Part shown: positions 48,868-58,853 of the stretch, piece after piece
Position numbering within the stretch: the first letter of the stretch is position 1
Layout of the letters: every line of letters begins with the position of its first letter
Origin: an uncultured Bacilli bacterium
GTDB taxonomy: Bacteria; Bacillota_I; Bacilli_A; RF39; UBA660
Assembly: GCA_947628235.1 (NCBI GenBank)
Contig: CANQZC010000008.1
Span: forward strand, 2,273 to 66,272
Direction of reading: 5' to 3'
DNA: 64,000 nucleotides
Position numbers and translations under genes: made by a program
The notes under the pieces: model-generated
What the model saw: the letters and a program-made list of their open reading frames with translations, nothing else
Told to the model about the DNA's origin: nothing
Database searches by the model: none

Positions 48868-49701
48868 ATGGAAAGATATCAAGAAATTGAAAGAAGTATT
48901 ATTAAGAAATATCGCAAAGATATTTGGAGTAAATTTGTACATGCTGTAGAAGAATATCAGCTCATTCAAGAAAATGATAAAGTCATGGTTTGTATTAGTG
49001 GTGGGAAAGATTCCTTTTTACTAGCAAAGTGTATCCAAGAACTTGTTCGTCACGGAAAAGTTCCATTCGAGGCCTATTATGTGGTTATGAATCCAGGGTA
49101 TAGTGAAGAAAATGCGAAAATGATTGCGTATAATGCGGAAGTTTTAAATCTTCCTATCGAAGTTTTTGAAAGCAATATCTTTGAAGTTGTTACTTCGGTA
49201 CCTTCGAAAAGTCCTTGTTATTTATGCGCTCGTATGAGAAGGGGATTCTTATATAATCATGCGAAAGAATTAGGATGTAATAAAATTGCTTTAGGACACC
49301 ATTTTAATGATGTGATTGAAACGACACTATTATCGATGTTATATGGATCAGAAATCAAAACGATGATGCCAAAACTACATAGTGAGAATTTTGAGGGATT
49401 AGAACTCATCCGTCCTCTTTATTTGGTAAAAGAGCAAGACATTATTGCTTGGGCAAAGTCGAACGGATTAACCTTTTTAAACTGTGCTTGTAAATTTACT
49501 TTAGAAAATCAAAATGCTGAAGAATCTACTAGTAAACGAAAAGAAGTAAAAGAGTTAATTCGAAAGTTAAAAGAAATCAATCCAGAAATAGATCATAATA
49601 TCTTTGAGTCGTTAAATAATATCAATTTAAATTGTGTGTTAGGAACTAAAAAAGATGGTATTTATCAAAGTTTCTTAGATACTTATGAAACTAAAAAGTA
49701 A
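48868..49701 (+). CDS. ttcA: tRNA 2-thiocytidine biosynthesis protein (TtcA family)
   Basis: SGGKDS PP-loop, PCYLCARMRRG, LGHH..D, IRPL. Confidence 0.88.
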   Translation: MERYQEIERSIIKKYRKDIWSKFVHAVEEYQLIQENDKVMVCISGGKDSFLLAKCIQELVRHGKVPFEAYYVVMNPGYSEENAKMIAYNAEVLNLPIEVFESNIFEVVTSVPSKSPCYLCARMRRGFLYNHAKELGCNKIALGHHFNDVIETTLLSMLYGSEIKTMMPKLHSENFEGLELIRPLYLVKEQDIIAWAKSNGLTFLNCACKFTLENQNAEESTSKRKEVKELIRKLKEINPEIDHNIFESLNNINLNCVLGTKKDGIYQSFLDTYETKK

Positions 49702-49766
49702 GGAAGGAAAAGGACTTTTGTCTTTTCCTTTTTTTTGATATACTAAAAATAGAGAGGATAAGGATT

Positions 49767-50309
49767 ATGGAACAAAGAAATCTAAAAAAAGTATCTATGT
49801 ATCAAAATACGATCTTATCAACAGAGCGCCCTAAGATGGTATTATCATTAGAAAGAGAAAATAAAAAAGTACTGAAGACAAGAACCATTACTAAACGAAA
49901 ACTGATTATTTTTGTGGGACTAAACCAAGAAAAATGGGTAGATTCGGCTACTGCGTATGCCCTTGCTCTTACTTCAGTTCGTTCCATCATGGTAGGACAA
50001 CCAAGATATGTAAAGATAGATGGAGCAACGATAGAGAGAATAGCGAAAGATCCACAATATGAGATTCTCTATCAAGAACTACCTACCAAAAAAAAAGAAA
50101 AATTAATGGTTTATTATCACAATCAACAACTTTATATCGACATGGCTTCTGCTTATGCTTTAGGAATGGTAGATGTTCAAAAGTTTTATGAAGATGAAGG
50201 AAAATATGGACCGTTAGGGGAAAATGAGATAGCTTTTATCAAAGCCAAATATGAAATTACTTTTCTTCCTTTAGAAGGATTTTCAAAAGAAGAAGAAAAG
50301 AAGAAATAA
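49767..50309 (+). CDS. Hypothetical protein with internal duplication
   Basis: WVDSATAYALAL and YIDMASAYALGM. Confidence 0.6.
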   Translation: MEQRNLKKVSMYQNTILSTERPKMVLSLERENKKVLKTRTITKRKLIIFVGLNQEKWVDSATAYALALTSVRSIMVGQPRYVKIDGATIERIAKDPQYEILYQELPTKKKEKLMVYYHNQQLYIDMASAYALGMVDVQKFYEDEGKYGPLGENEIAFIKAKYEITFLPLEGFSKEEEKKK

Positions 50310-50356
50310 GAAAGGCATATTTGTGTTATAATAAAGAGGAAAGGATGGAGAGTTCC

Positions 50357-50836
50357 ATGAAAACTTTAGTGGTATTTTATTCTTATGGAAATAATACTAG
50401 GACATTAGCGCGTACTTTAAAAGAAAGTATCAATGCAGATTTAGTAGATTTACAACCAGTTATGTTGTATACGACAAACTATCAAGAATTAGTAGCGAGC
50501 GAAGAGAAAAAGAAAAATCAAAAAGAGATTGTTCCTATCAAGGAAGTCAATATTCTTTTTAGTAAATATGATCGTATTATTTTAGGAACTCCTGTATGGT
50601 GGTATCAAATTACTCCAGTTATGAGAAGTTTTTTAACGAAATATCAAGAGCAGTTAAAAGCGAAAGAAGTATATGCCTTTATTACGAACGGAGGATGGAT
50701 TGGACATGCCAAAGAAGAGATGGAAAGTTATGTTCCATTAAAGAAATGTCTCAGTCTAGAATTTGATGGAAATGCGATGAGAAAGCAATCCAAAGAAGAA
50801 TTTGATAATTTTGTAAGAGAAATGGAGTCGTTATGA
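50357..50836 (+). CDS. Flavodoxin-like protein
   Basis: VFYSYGNNTR, LGTPVWWY, FITNGG. Confidence 0.88.
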   Translation: MKTLVVFYSYGNNTRTLARTLKESINADLVDLQPVMLYTTNYQELVASEEKKKNQKEIVPIKEVNILFSKYDRIILGTPVWWYQITPVMRSFLTKYQEQLKAKEVYAFITNGGWIGHAKEEMESYVPLKKCLSLEFDGNAMRKQSKEEFDNFVREMESL

Positions 50837-51495
50837 AAAGAAGATGTCTTTATGTTTTATTACCTATTCTTGTCCTTAGTTTATGTGCTTGTGGAAAGAA
50901 GGAACTTCCAAAGCCAGAATTAGCGGGAGGAATTCGAGGAGAACAATTTGGAATCGATAAAAATATTGATGAATCTACGATTGATAATTATTTAGGAAGA
51001 GAAGATAGTGTCTATCGGGATATGAGAATGTTAGAAGATCCTGGAAACTATGAAGCAATCGGAGGAGATTCTTATCTTTCTGGATTTGTCAAAGGATTTG
51101 AAGTTGTTCCTTATCCTTATTTAGTTAATGTGATAGGACTTCCTTCGGAAGTAGGGGAAACTTATACAGGTCCTACTCTTTATACTGAAGAAAATGGTCA
51201 TTATCATGCGAATTATGAAGAATCTTTAGCGATTTTAGAGTACTACTTCCCAAAAGATAAAGTAATCTTCTTAATGTGTGGTGGTGGCGGATATGCCGGC
51301 ATGACAAAACAGTTATTAGTTTCTTTAGGATGGGACAAAGATAAAATCTATAATGTTGGTGGATACTGGTACTATGAAGGAAAGAATAAAGTAGAAGTAA
51401 AACGGACGAAGGAAGATGGTACGACAACTTATGATTTCTGGAAAGTAACTTATCATGATATTGATTTTTCCACGCTAACTGAGGTAAAAGAATGA
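50833..51495 (+). CDS. Lipoprotein with rhodanese-like domain
   Basis: Lipobox LCAC; YRDMR, FLMCGGGGYA, LG...YNVGG. Confidence 0.7.
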   Translation: MKRRCLYVLLPILVLSLCACGKKELPKPELAGGIRGEQFGIDKNIDESTIDNYLGREDSVYRDMRMLEDPGNYEAIGGDSYLSGFVKGFEVVPYPYLVNVIGLPSEVGETYTGPTLYTEENGHYHANYEESLAILEYYFPKDKVIFLMCGGGGYAGMTKQLLVSLGWDKDKIYNVGGYWYYEGKNKVEVKRTKEDGTTTYDFWKVTYHDIDFSTLTEVKE

Positions 51496-51980
51496 AAACA
51501 AAGGCATTTCTGATTGGGGGAATTCTTCTTTTCTTCCTTCTTGTAATAGGGAGTTATTTTCTTTTGACAGGGAAGAAGGCAGAAGAAAAAGAAAAATTTC
51601 CCTTGGATGATTCTTACTATCAAGATGGAAAATATATTGAGGCTACTTCTACCCGAGTTCAAAAACTATTAGAGGAAAAATCTTCTTTTCTCCTTTTTAC
51701 TTATAATAGCTTTTGTTCTTTTGAAATTCCTGTCGATGATATTTTTCAGGAAGTGATGGATAAGTATCATATTGATGTTTTAAAGATTCCGTTTGAAGAT
51801 TTTAAGGATACGAAACTATATGATACCGTGAAATTAGGACCTTCTTTTCTTATTATCAAAGAGGGGACTCTAGTAGATTATTTAGATGCGGAAGCAGATG
51901 AAGATATTTCTCTTTATCAAAATTCTAAAAAATTTGAAAAGTGGTTAGGGCAATATATCTTCTTTTCAAAAAATAATTAA
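51492..51980 (+). CDS. Membrane-anchored thioredoxin-fold protein
   Basis: N-terminal TM, FTYNSFC, GPSFLIIKEG (cis-Pro region); no CxxC. Confidence 0.6.
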   Translation: MKTKAFLIGGILLFFLLVIGSYFLLTGKKAEEKEKFPLDDSYYQDGKYIEATSTRVQKLLEEKSSFLLFTYNSFCSFEIPVDDIFQEVMDKYHIDVLKIPFEDFKDTKLYDTVKLGPSFLIIKEGTLVDYLDAEADEDISLYQNSKKFEKWLGQYIFFSKNN

Positions 51981-52042
51981 CAATTCTATGTAGAATTGTT
52001 TTTTTATGATATAATTTAATAGGCATAAGAAAGGATGAGACA

Positions 52043-53776
52043 ATGATAAAGAAACTTGCTAGTTGTATTGGCGAATATAAAAAAGATACCATATTAACAC
52101 CTATCTTTGTAGGAATAGAATGTGCGATGGATGTCATTATTCCTTTTTTGATGGCTTTTTTGATTGATGAAGGAATTAATAAAGGAGATATTTCTCATAT
52201 TGTATGGATAGGAATTCTTCTCGTCCTTTGTTCCTTTATTGCCATTTATACGGGAGTAAAGTCAGGAAATTATGCCGCTAGAGCTGCGGCCGGATTTGCG
52301 AAAAATGTAAGAAAGAAAATTTATTATAATGTTCAAGATTTTTCCTTTTCGAATATTGATAAGTTTTCTACTTCTAGTATCGTTACTAGACATACTACAG
52401 ATATCAATAATATCCAGATGGCCTTCCAGATGATTATTCGAATGGCTGTCAGAGCGCCTCTTATGATTATCTTTTCTTTAATTATGACTTTTATTATTAA
52501 TGTGAAATTAGCGATGATCTTCCTAGTAGCGATTCCACTTTTAGGATTTGGTCTTTATTTTATTGCTACAAAAGCCCATCCTATCTTTGAAAAAGCAATT
52601 ACTTTATATGATAAATTAAATAATACTGTGGAAGAAAATGTAAGAGGAATTCGAGTTGTAAAATCTTTTGTGACAGAAGAAAAAGAAATAGATAAATTTA
52701 ATAAGACAAGTGAAGAAATCTACTGTGAATTTTCTCGGGCAGAAAAAATTGTAGCGTTAAATAACCCTTTAATGCAGATTACTGTAGCGACCATTATCTT
52801 ACTTCTTTCTTGGTTTGGTGGAAAAGAGATTGTGGTAGGAAATCTTACAACAGGAGAGTTTACGAGTATGATTTCTTATACGATGCAGATATTAATGTCT
52901 CTCATGATGCTTTCAATGATTTTAGTAACGATTATGATTTCTCGAGCATCTGGAGAGAGAATTGTTGAAATTTTAGAAGAAAAAAGTACTATTACGAGTA
53001 AGGAAAATGCCCTTACTGAAGTGAAAGATGGATCCATTTCTTTCCGCGATGTTAGTTTTAGTTATGTAGGAGATAAAAACAAATTATGTCTAAAAAATAT
53101 CAATTTAGAGATTGCTTCTGGACAAACGATTGGAATTCTTGGAGGAACTGGATCTTCTAAATCTACTTTAGTACAATTAATTCCTCGTCTTTATGATGTT
53201 ACTTCTGGGGCGGTTCTTGTTGGAGGAGTAGATGTGAGGGACTATGATATTACTTCTTTACGAAATCAAGTAGCCATGGTTCTTCAAAAGAATGAACTAT
53301 TCTCTGGAACCATCAAAGAAAACCTTCGTTGGGGAAAAGAAGATGCGACAGACGAAGAGATAGAAAAAGCTGCTTCTTTAGCGCAGGCAGATGAGTTTAT
53401 TAAAACCTTTGAAAAAGGATATGATACCCATATTGAACAGGGAGGAACTAATATTTCTGGAGGACAAAAACAACGCCTTTGTATTGCGCGAGCCCTTTTA
53501 AAACATCCTAAAATATTAATTTTAGATGACTCTACTAGCGCTGTAGATACGAAAACAGATAGTTTAATTCGTCAATCTTTTAAAGAATATATTCCAGAAG
53601 TAACCAAAATTATTATTGCCCAAAGAATCGCTTCGGTAGAAGATGCCGATAAGATTTTGGTATTAGATAATGGCGAGATTAGTGCTTTTGGAACTCATGA
53701 AGAATTATTAAGAGAAAGTTCTATTTATCGAGAAGTATATGAATCTCAGAAAAAGGGAGGCGAAGAAGATGAATAA
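52043..53776 (+). CDS. ABC exporter, heterodimer subunit (degenerate site)
   Basis: TMD plus NBD; GGTGSSKST, ISGGQKQR, LDDSTSAVD, AQRI. Confidence 0.93.
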   Translation: MIKKLASCIGEYKKDTILTPIFVGIECAMDVIIPFLMAFLIDEGINKGDISHIVWIGILLVLCSFIAIYTGVKSGNYAARAAAGFAKNVRKKIYYNVQDFSFSNIDKFSTSSIVTRHTTDINNIQMAFQMIIRMAVRAPLMIIFSLIMTFIINVKLAMIFLVAIPLLGFGLYFIATKAHPIFEKAITLYDKLNNTVEENVRGIRVVKSFVTEEKEIDKFNKTSEEIYCEFSRAEKIVALNNPLMQITVATIILLLSWFGGKEIVVGNLTTGEFTSMISYTMQILMSLMMLSMILVTIMISRASGERIVEILEEKSTITSKENALTEVKDGSISFRDVSFSYVGDKNKLCLKNINLEIASGQTIGILGGTGSSKSTLVQLIPRLYDVTSGAVLVGGVDVRDYDITSLRNQVAMVLQKNELFSGTIKENLRWGKEDATDEEIEKAASLAQADEFIKTFEKGYDTHIEQGGTNISGGQKQRLCIARALLKHPKILILDDSTSAVDTKTDSLIRQSFKEYIPEVTKIIIAQRIASVEDADKILVLDNGEISAFGTHEELLRESSIYREVYESQKKGGEEDE

Positions 53777-55640
53777 GAAACGCTCTAGAATTGATTTTAA
53801 AGTATTAGGTAGAGTATTAAAATATATCTTAAAGAATCATAAATTCCGTCTTCTTTTTGTTATCTTCTGTCTTCTTCTCAGTACGATTTCTTCTGTTGGG
53901 GCGAATCTTTATTTACAGACTTTAATTGATAAATATATTATTCCTTTAGTGGGTAGTAGTCATCCTGCTTATGGCGCTCTTTTAAAGGCAATTGGCTTTA
54001 TGGCAGGAATTTATCTAGTAGGAGTTATTGCTAACTTCTTGTCTAGTCGAATTATGGTAAAGGTGACGGAAGGAACCCTAAAAGATATTCGTGATGAAAT
54101 GTTTGTAAAAATGCAACGATTCCCACTTCGTTACTTTGATACCCATTCTCATGGAGATATTATGAGTCGTTATACGAATGATACGGATACTTTAAGTCAA
54201 ATGATTTCTCAGAGTATCCCTCAAATGTTTTCGGTCGTTACAACGATTGTTGTTATCTTTGTTGCCATGGTTATTACCAACATCTACTTAACCCTTGTAG
54301 TTCTCTTATTTTTAGGAATTATTTTAGCCGTTTCTAGATTTATGACATCACGAAGTGGAAATTATTTCTTAAAGCAACAAGAAGCGGTAGGAAATCTAAA
54401 TGGTTATATTGAAGAGATGATTAATGGTCAAAAAGTAGTCAAAGTATTCTGTTATGAAGAAAGAGCCAAAAAAAGGTTTGATGAATTGAATGAGGAATTA
54501 GCGCTTAATGTCTATAATGCTAATAAATTTGTGAATTCAATAGGACCCGTTAATGGGAATTTAGGAAATACATTATATGCTGTTTTAGCTGTTGTTGGAG
54601 GAATTCTAGCGGTTAAAGGAATCGGACATGTTACGGTAGGGATGATTATTGCGTTTCTTCAATTGAGTAAAACTTTTATTCGTCCTATCAATGAAATTTC
54701 CAGACATTTGAATTCTTTAGTCATGGCGATAGCTGGTGCGAAGCGAATCTTCACTTTTATGGATGAAGAATTTGAAAAGGATGAAGGATATGTCACTTTG
54801 GTTTCTGTCAAAGAAGAAGATGGAAAATTGGTGGAGACAAAGGAAAGGACTGGACTTTGGGCTTGGAAACATCCTCATCATGATGGGACTCTAGAATATG
54901 TATCTTTAAAAGGACATATTGAATTTCATGATGTCGATTTCGCTTATGAAGAAGGAAAGACCATACTTCACGATGTTACGATAGATGCTCTTCCGGGAGA
55001 AAAAATTGCTTTTGTAGGCGCTACGGGAGCAGGAAAGACAACCATTACCAATTTAATTAATCGTTTCTATGATTTAGAAGATGGAAAGATTCGTTATGAT
55101 GGAATCAATATTAACAAAATTAAGAAAGATGATTTACGACTTTCTTTAGGAATGGTTCTTCAAGATATCAATCTTTTTACAGGAACGATTCGTGAGAATA
55201 TTCAATATGGAAGGGAAGATGCTACTGAGGAAGAAGTGATTGAGGCTGCCAAATTAGCTAATGCACACAATTTCATCATGAGACTTCCGAATGGATATGA
55301 TACGATGTTATCTTCGGATGGTGCGAACTTATCGCAAGGTCAAAGACAATTACTAGCTATCGCGCGCTGTGCTTTAGTAGACCCACCCGTTATGATTTTA
55401 GATGAAGCTACTTCTAGTATCGATACAAGAACAGAAAAAATTGTCCAAGATGGAATGGATAAATTGATGCAAGGAAGAACGGTATTTGTCATCGCACATC
55501 GGCTCTCTACTGTCAAGAATGCTGATGAAATCGTGGTATTAGATCATGGACATATTATGGAACAAGGAACCCACTCTCAGTTAATCGCGCAAAAAGGACA
55601 GTATTATCGTCTTTACACAGGAGTATTTGAATTAGAATAG
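53769..55640 (+). CDS. ABC exporter, heterodimer subunit (consensus site)
   Basis: GATGAGKTT, LSQGQRQ, LDEATSSID, AHRL. Confidence 0.93.
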   Translation: MNKKRSRIDFKVLGRVLKYILKNHKFRLLFVIFCLLLSTISSVGANLYLQTLIDKYIIPLVGSSHPAYGALLKAIGFMAGIYLVGVIANFLSSRIMVKVTEGTLKDIRDEMFVKMQRFPLRYFDTHSHGDIMSRYTNDTDTLSQMISQSIPQMFSVVTTIVVIFVAMVITNIYLTLVVLLFLGIILAVSRFMTSRSGNYFLKQQEAVGNLNGYIEEMINGQKVVKVFCYEERAKKRFDELNEELALNVYNANKFVNSIGPVNGNLGNTLYAVLAVVGGILAVKGIGHVTVGMIIAFLQLSKTFIRPINEISRHLNSLVMAIAGAKRIFTFMDEEFEKDEGYVTLVSVKEEDGKLVETKERTGLWAWKHPHHDGTLEYVSLKGHIEFHDVDFAYEEGKTILHDVTIDALPGEKIAFVGATGAGKTTITNLINRFYDLEDGKIRYDGININKIKKDDLRLSLGMVLQDINLFTGTIRENIQYGREDATEEEVIEAAKLANAHNFIMRLPNGYDTMLSSDGANLSQGQRQLLAIARCALVDPPVMILDEATSSIDTRTEKIVQDGMDKLMQGRTVFVIAHRLSTVKNADEIVVLDHGHIMEQGTHSQLIAQKGQYYRLYTGVFELE

Positions 55641-55697
55641 AGAAACAAGTCGTTTCTCTTTTCTTATGATATAATGAATATGAAAGGAAGAGGAAAG

Positions 55698-56417
55698 ATG
55701 GAAGAAAAAGAAGAAAGAAAAACAAAAAAGAAATGGTGGAAGAAAGTAATTTTCATTCTCTTTCTTCTTTTCTTAGTAGGAATCTTTTATGTTTTTGGAA
55801 TTAATAGTTATGTTAAAAATTCTGTTAAAGGAAAGATTTTAGAAGAAAACTCCATAGATACGATTCCCCAAGTAGATTGTATTTTAGTGTTAGGAGCAGG
55901 AGTATGGGAAAGCGGCCCTAGTCCAATGCTAAGAGACCGGTTAGAAAAAGGAATTGAACTATATCAACAAGGAGTAGCGCCTAAACTTTTGATGAGTGGA
56001 GATCATGGAAGAAAAGATTATGATGAAGTGAATGCCATGAAAGAATATGCGATAGAACAAGGAGTTCCTTCTCAAGATATCTTTATGGATCATGCTGGAT
56101 TTTCTACTTATGAAAGCATTTATCGAGCAAAAGAAATCTTTCAAGTCAAAACGATGATTATTGTGACTCAGGAATATCATTTATATAGAGCCTTATATAT
56201 TGCAAAGAAATTAGGAATAGAAGTTTATGGTGTCCCTGCTCAAAAAATAGTTTATTCAGGACAGACTGCTAGAGAACTTCGTGAAATTCTTGCGCGGAAT
56301 AAAGATTTTATAAACTGTATGATAAAACCAAAACCTACTTATTTAGGAGAAAGTATTCCTGTTTCTGGAAATGGTGATCAAACCAATGATAAAGTAGAAG
56401 GGGATGCTGGTCTATGA
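55698..56417 (+). CDS. SanA/YdcF (DUF218) family protein
   Basis: VLGAG, L.DRL, MSGD, D.AGFSTYES, VTQ.YHL.RA, RE.LAR. Confidence 0.9.
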   Translation: MEEKEERKTKKKWWKKVIFILFLLFLVGIFYVFGINSYVKNSVKGKILEENSIDTIPQVDCILVLGAGVWESGPSPMLRDRLEKGIELYQQGVAPKLLMSGDHGRKDYDEVNAMKEYAIEQGVPSQDIFMDHAGFSTYESIYRAKEIFQVKTMIIVTQEYHLYRALYIAKKLGIEVYGVPAQKIVYSGQTARELREILARNKDFINCMIKPKPTYLGESIPVSGNGDQTNDKVEGDAGL

Positions 56418-57439
56418 AAATAGAAGAACTCTTTAAACGATGTCATATCGATTTTCCAAAATTAAGAGAATATGGATTTCTTTTCAAAAATAAACGGTAT
56501 TATTTCTCTAAAAAAATTATGGATGACACCTTAGAAATTCAAATTACGATTTCTAAAGAAGAAACTTTTGAAGTAAAAGTTTTTGACCTTTCTTTTGGAG
56601 AAGAATATACGAATTATAAAAGAGAAGGTGAACTAGGGGAGTTTGCTAGTAAAGTAAAAGAAGAAGTACTTAGTCTTTTTATAGATATCCAAAAGAAATG
56701 TACAACTCCCTGTTATTTTCAAAAAGATCAAGCCAATCGAATTGCTGCTTTGGTAGAGAAAAAATATCAAGATACTCCTCAATTTCTATGGGAGGAAGAG
56801 CCTCACGGTGTTTTTAAAAATGAACAGAATGGAAAATGGTATGGACTGATTATGGATATCAATCGAAAGAAACTAGATGGCATAGAGAAAGAAGTAGAGA
56901 TCTTAAATGTCAAACTAAGTCCTAAAAAGATTCTTTCTTACCAAGAAAAGAAAGGATTCTATCCAGCTTATCATATGAATAAGAAAAACTGGATTACAAT
57001 TCTTTTAGATGACACTTTATCTGATGAAGAAATCATGGAATGCTTAGAGGAGAGTCATCAATATACGGAAGAAAAAAAGGAATGGTTAATTCCTTCCAAT
57101 CCTTACTATTATGATATTGAAAGCGCATTTGCCAAAGAAGATACGATCCTTTGGAAACAACCTCTTAATATTCATCTAAATGATATTATCTACCTATATG
57201 TAGGACAACCATATTCTGCTATTCTCTATCAATGCCAAGTGATTGAACTAAATATTCCATATTCTTATCAAACCAAAAAACTGTCTATGAAAACAGTGAT
57301 GCGTATTCAATTATTAAGAACATATCCAAAGACTGCTTTTCCATTAGAAAAATTAAAGACTTATGGAGTAACAACAGTGCGTGGACCACGGTTTGTTCCT
57401 TCCAAATTATCGAAAGAACTAAAGAAAGAAGTGCATTAA
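56414..57439 (+). CDS. MmcQ/YjbR-family protein with C-terminal EVE/PUA-like domain
   Basis: KWYG, PAYHMNKKNWI; C-terminal W.IP.NP.YYD...D.IYLY. Confidence 0.8.
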   Translation: MKIEELFKRCHIDFPKLREYGFLFKNKRYYFSKKIMDDTLEIQITISKEETFEVKVFDLSFGEEYTNYKREGELGEFASKVKEEVLSLFIDIQKKCTTPCYFQKDQANRIAALVEKKYQDTPQFLWEEEPHGVFKNEQNGKWYGLIMDINRKKLDGIEKEVEILNVKLSPKKILSYQEKKGFYPAYHMNKKNWITILLDDTLSDEEIMECLEESHQYTEEKKEWLIPSNPYYYDIESAFAKEDTILWKQPLNIHLNDIIYLYVGQPYSAILYQCQVIELNIPYSYQTKKLSMKTVMRIQLLRTYPKTAFPLEKLKTYGVTTVRGPRFVPSKLSKELKKEVH

Positions 57440-57627
57440 ACACACTTCTTTTTTGTACTTCTTTTCACATCTAATCCATGAAGTTGAAGATAAATAATTA
57501 CTTGTTGAATTTGTTGATTATCTAACTTGCAATTTTTTAAATCTTCTCTTGTAATTCCCTTTAAGGATTCTAAATTAGAAAACCCATTTTTTTCTAGAAG
57601 AAATTGAACATCTTTCGATAAAGTCAT
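57436..57627 (-). CDS. Stand-alone RNA polymerase alpha-CTD-like protein
   Basis: LS....LL..NG...L..L...T.EDL......I..V...L...GL pattern; ATG 57627 with a GGAG RBS, 1 bp after the carD stop. Confidence 0.55.
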   Translation of the reverse strand: MTLSKDVQFLLEKNGFSNLESLKGITREDLKNCKLDNQQIQQVIIYLQLHGLDVKRSTKKKCV

Positions 57628-57628
57628 C

Positions 57629-58114
57629 TTATTCACTCTCCATTTGTTTTTGAATAAAACTCTTTGTTTCATCGAAAGGAATGTCTAGAGCAATCGCTAA
57701 TTCCTGATAGAGAAAATCTTCTGCTTTTTCAAAGTATTTAAAATCCTTCTCACTACTTTTCTTTTTGGCTTTTTCTCTTGCTTCGTTTCTTAAATAAGTG
57801 GTTTTAATAAGTTTTACTAAATCTTCTTGATTTCCATAATAAAGAAGATCTTTATAAGTTGATTCCATCGTTCTTTCTTCTACTTTTAAAGGAGGAATCT
57901 TTTTCATTTTGTGAATGAGTTCCATCGCTTCTTCCTTTGTCATAAGGGATCTTAAAAAGCCAAATTCATTATCCGAAGGAACATCAATTACTAAAGATTC
58001 ATCTTTAATAGGAATTAAAGTATAGTAGTCTTTATCTACCTTAGAAGAATGCTTTTTATCAACAATCTTACATACTTCATTTTTATACATAATATAGTTT
58101 TCTTTATCACCCAT
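57629..58114 (-). CDS. CarD-family transcriptional regulator
   Basis: VC.I.D, YY.L.P, I.VP, LR.LM.KEEA, AE..LY.ELA.AL. Confidence 0.85.
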   Translation of the reverse strand: MGDKENYIMYKNEVCKIVDKKHSSKVDKDYYTLIPIKDESLVIDVPSDNEFGFLRSLMTKEEAMELIHKMKKIPPLKVEERTMESTYKDLLYYGNQEDLVKLIKTTYLRNEAREKAKKKSSEKDFKYFEKAEDFLYQELAIALDIPFDETKSFIQKQMESE

Positions 58115-58284
58115 ATTACCACTCCTTTTTTCTTGATTTCTACTTTTATTTTAGCAAAAAAAATTTTTTTTCGTAAGTTTTTTCTTTTCTAAAAAGGGAA
58201 GAAATCCTTCTAAAAAGTATGATAGCGAGGAAAAATGTGGCATAATAATTAATAAGATAGATATTGTAATAGGAGGAGTAAAGG

Positions 58285-58755
58285 ATGAAAAAATTTGGTA
58301 TGCTATTGTTAAGCTTGTTAACGGTTTTCTTTTTAGCAGGATGTGGATCTACGCAAGAAAAAGAACAAAAATTAGTTTGTACGATGAACCAAAACGAAGA
58401 TGGAATGAATGTAAAGCAAGTCATTTCTATGAATTTTAAAAACGATAAGTTAAATCATATGACTATGGAAATTACTACTAGAATTACGGATTCAGATGTT
58501 CAGAAAAATTGGGAACAATTTAAAAAGATTATGGACGAGGACAATCAAGAGTTTGATAAAGATGGAATTCGTTTCACTGTTTCTGTAAATGATCAAAATT
58601 ATGAATATACGACTTCTTTGGATATTGATGTTGAAAATACAACGGAAGAAGCTTTAAAGAAGCAGGGATTTGAAGGATTAAAAGATGATAGAAGTACTCT
58701 TGAAGAAAATAAAAAAGAAGCCGAACAAGATGGTGCTATCTGCGAAATAAAATAA
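58285..58755 (+). CDS. Lipoprotein (YehR/DUF1307-like)
   Basis: Lipobox LAGC; LVCT and terminal G..C disulfide pattern. Confidence 0.7.
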   Translation: MKKFGMLLLSLLTVFFLAGCGSTQEKEQKLVCTMNQNEDGMNVKQVISMNFKNDKLNHMTMEITTRITDSDVQKNWEQFKKIMDEDNQEFDKDGIRFTVSVNDQNYEYTTSLDIDVENTTEEALKKQGFEGLKDDRSTLEENKKEAEQDGAICEIK

Positions 58756-58775
58756 GTAAAATGAAAGTATTACTC

Positions 58776-58830
58776 TTTATGGAAGCAAACGATATAAAGT
58801 TTGCTTTTTCTTTGGTATAATAGTAGTGAA
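58776..58830 (+). repeat. Intergenic hairpin plus extended -10 element, copy 1
   Basis: TTTATGGAAGCAAAC-N8-GTTTGCTTTTT..TGGTATAATAGT. Confidence 0.7.
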
Positions 58831-58853
58831 ATAGAGATATTGAGGTAGATATT

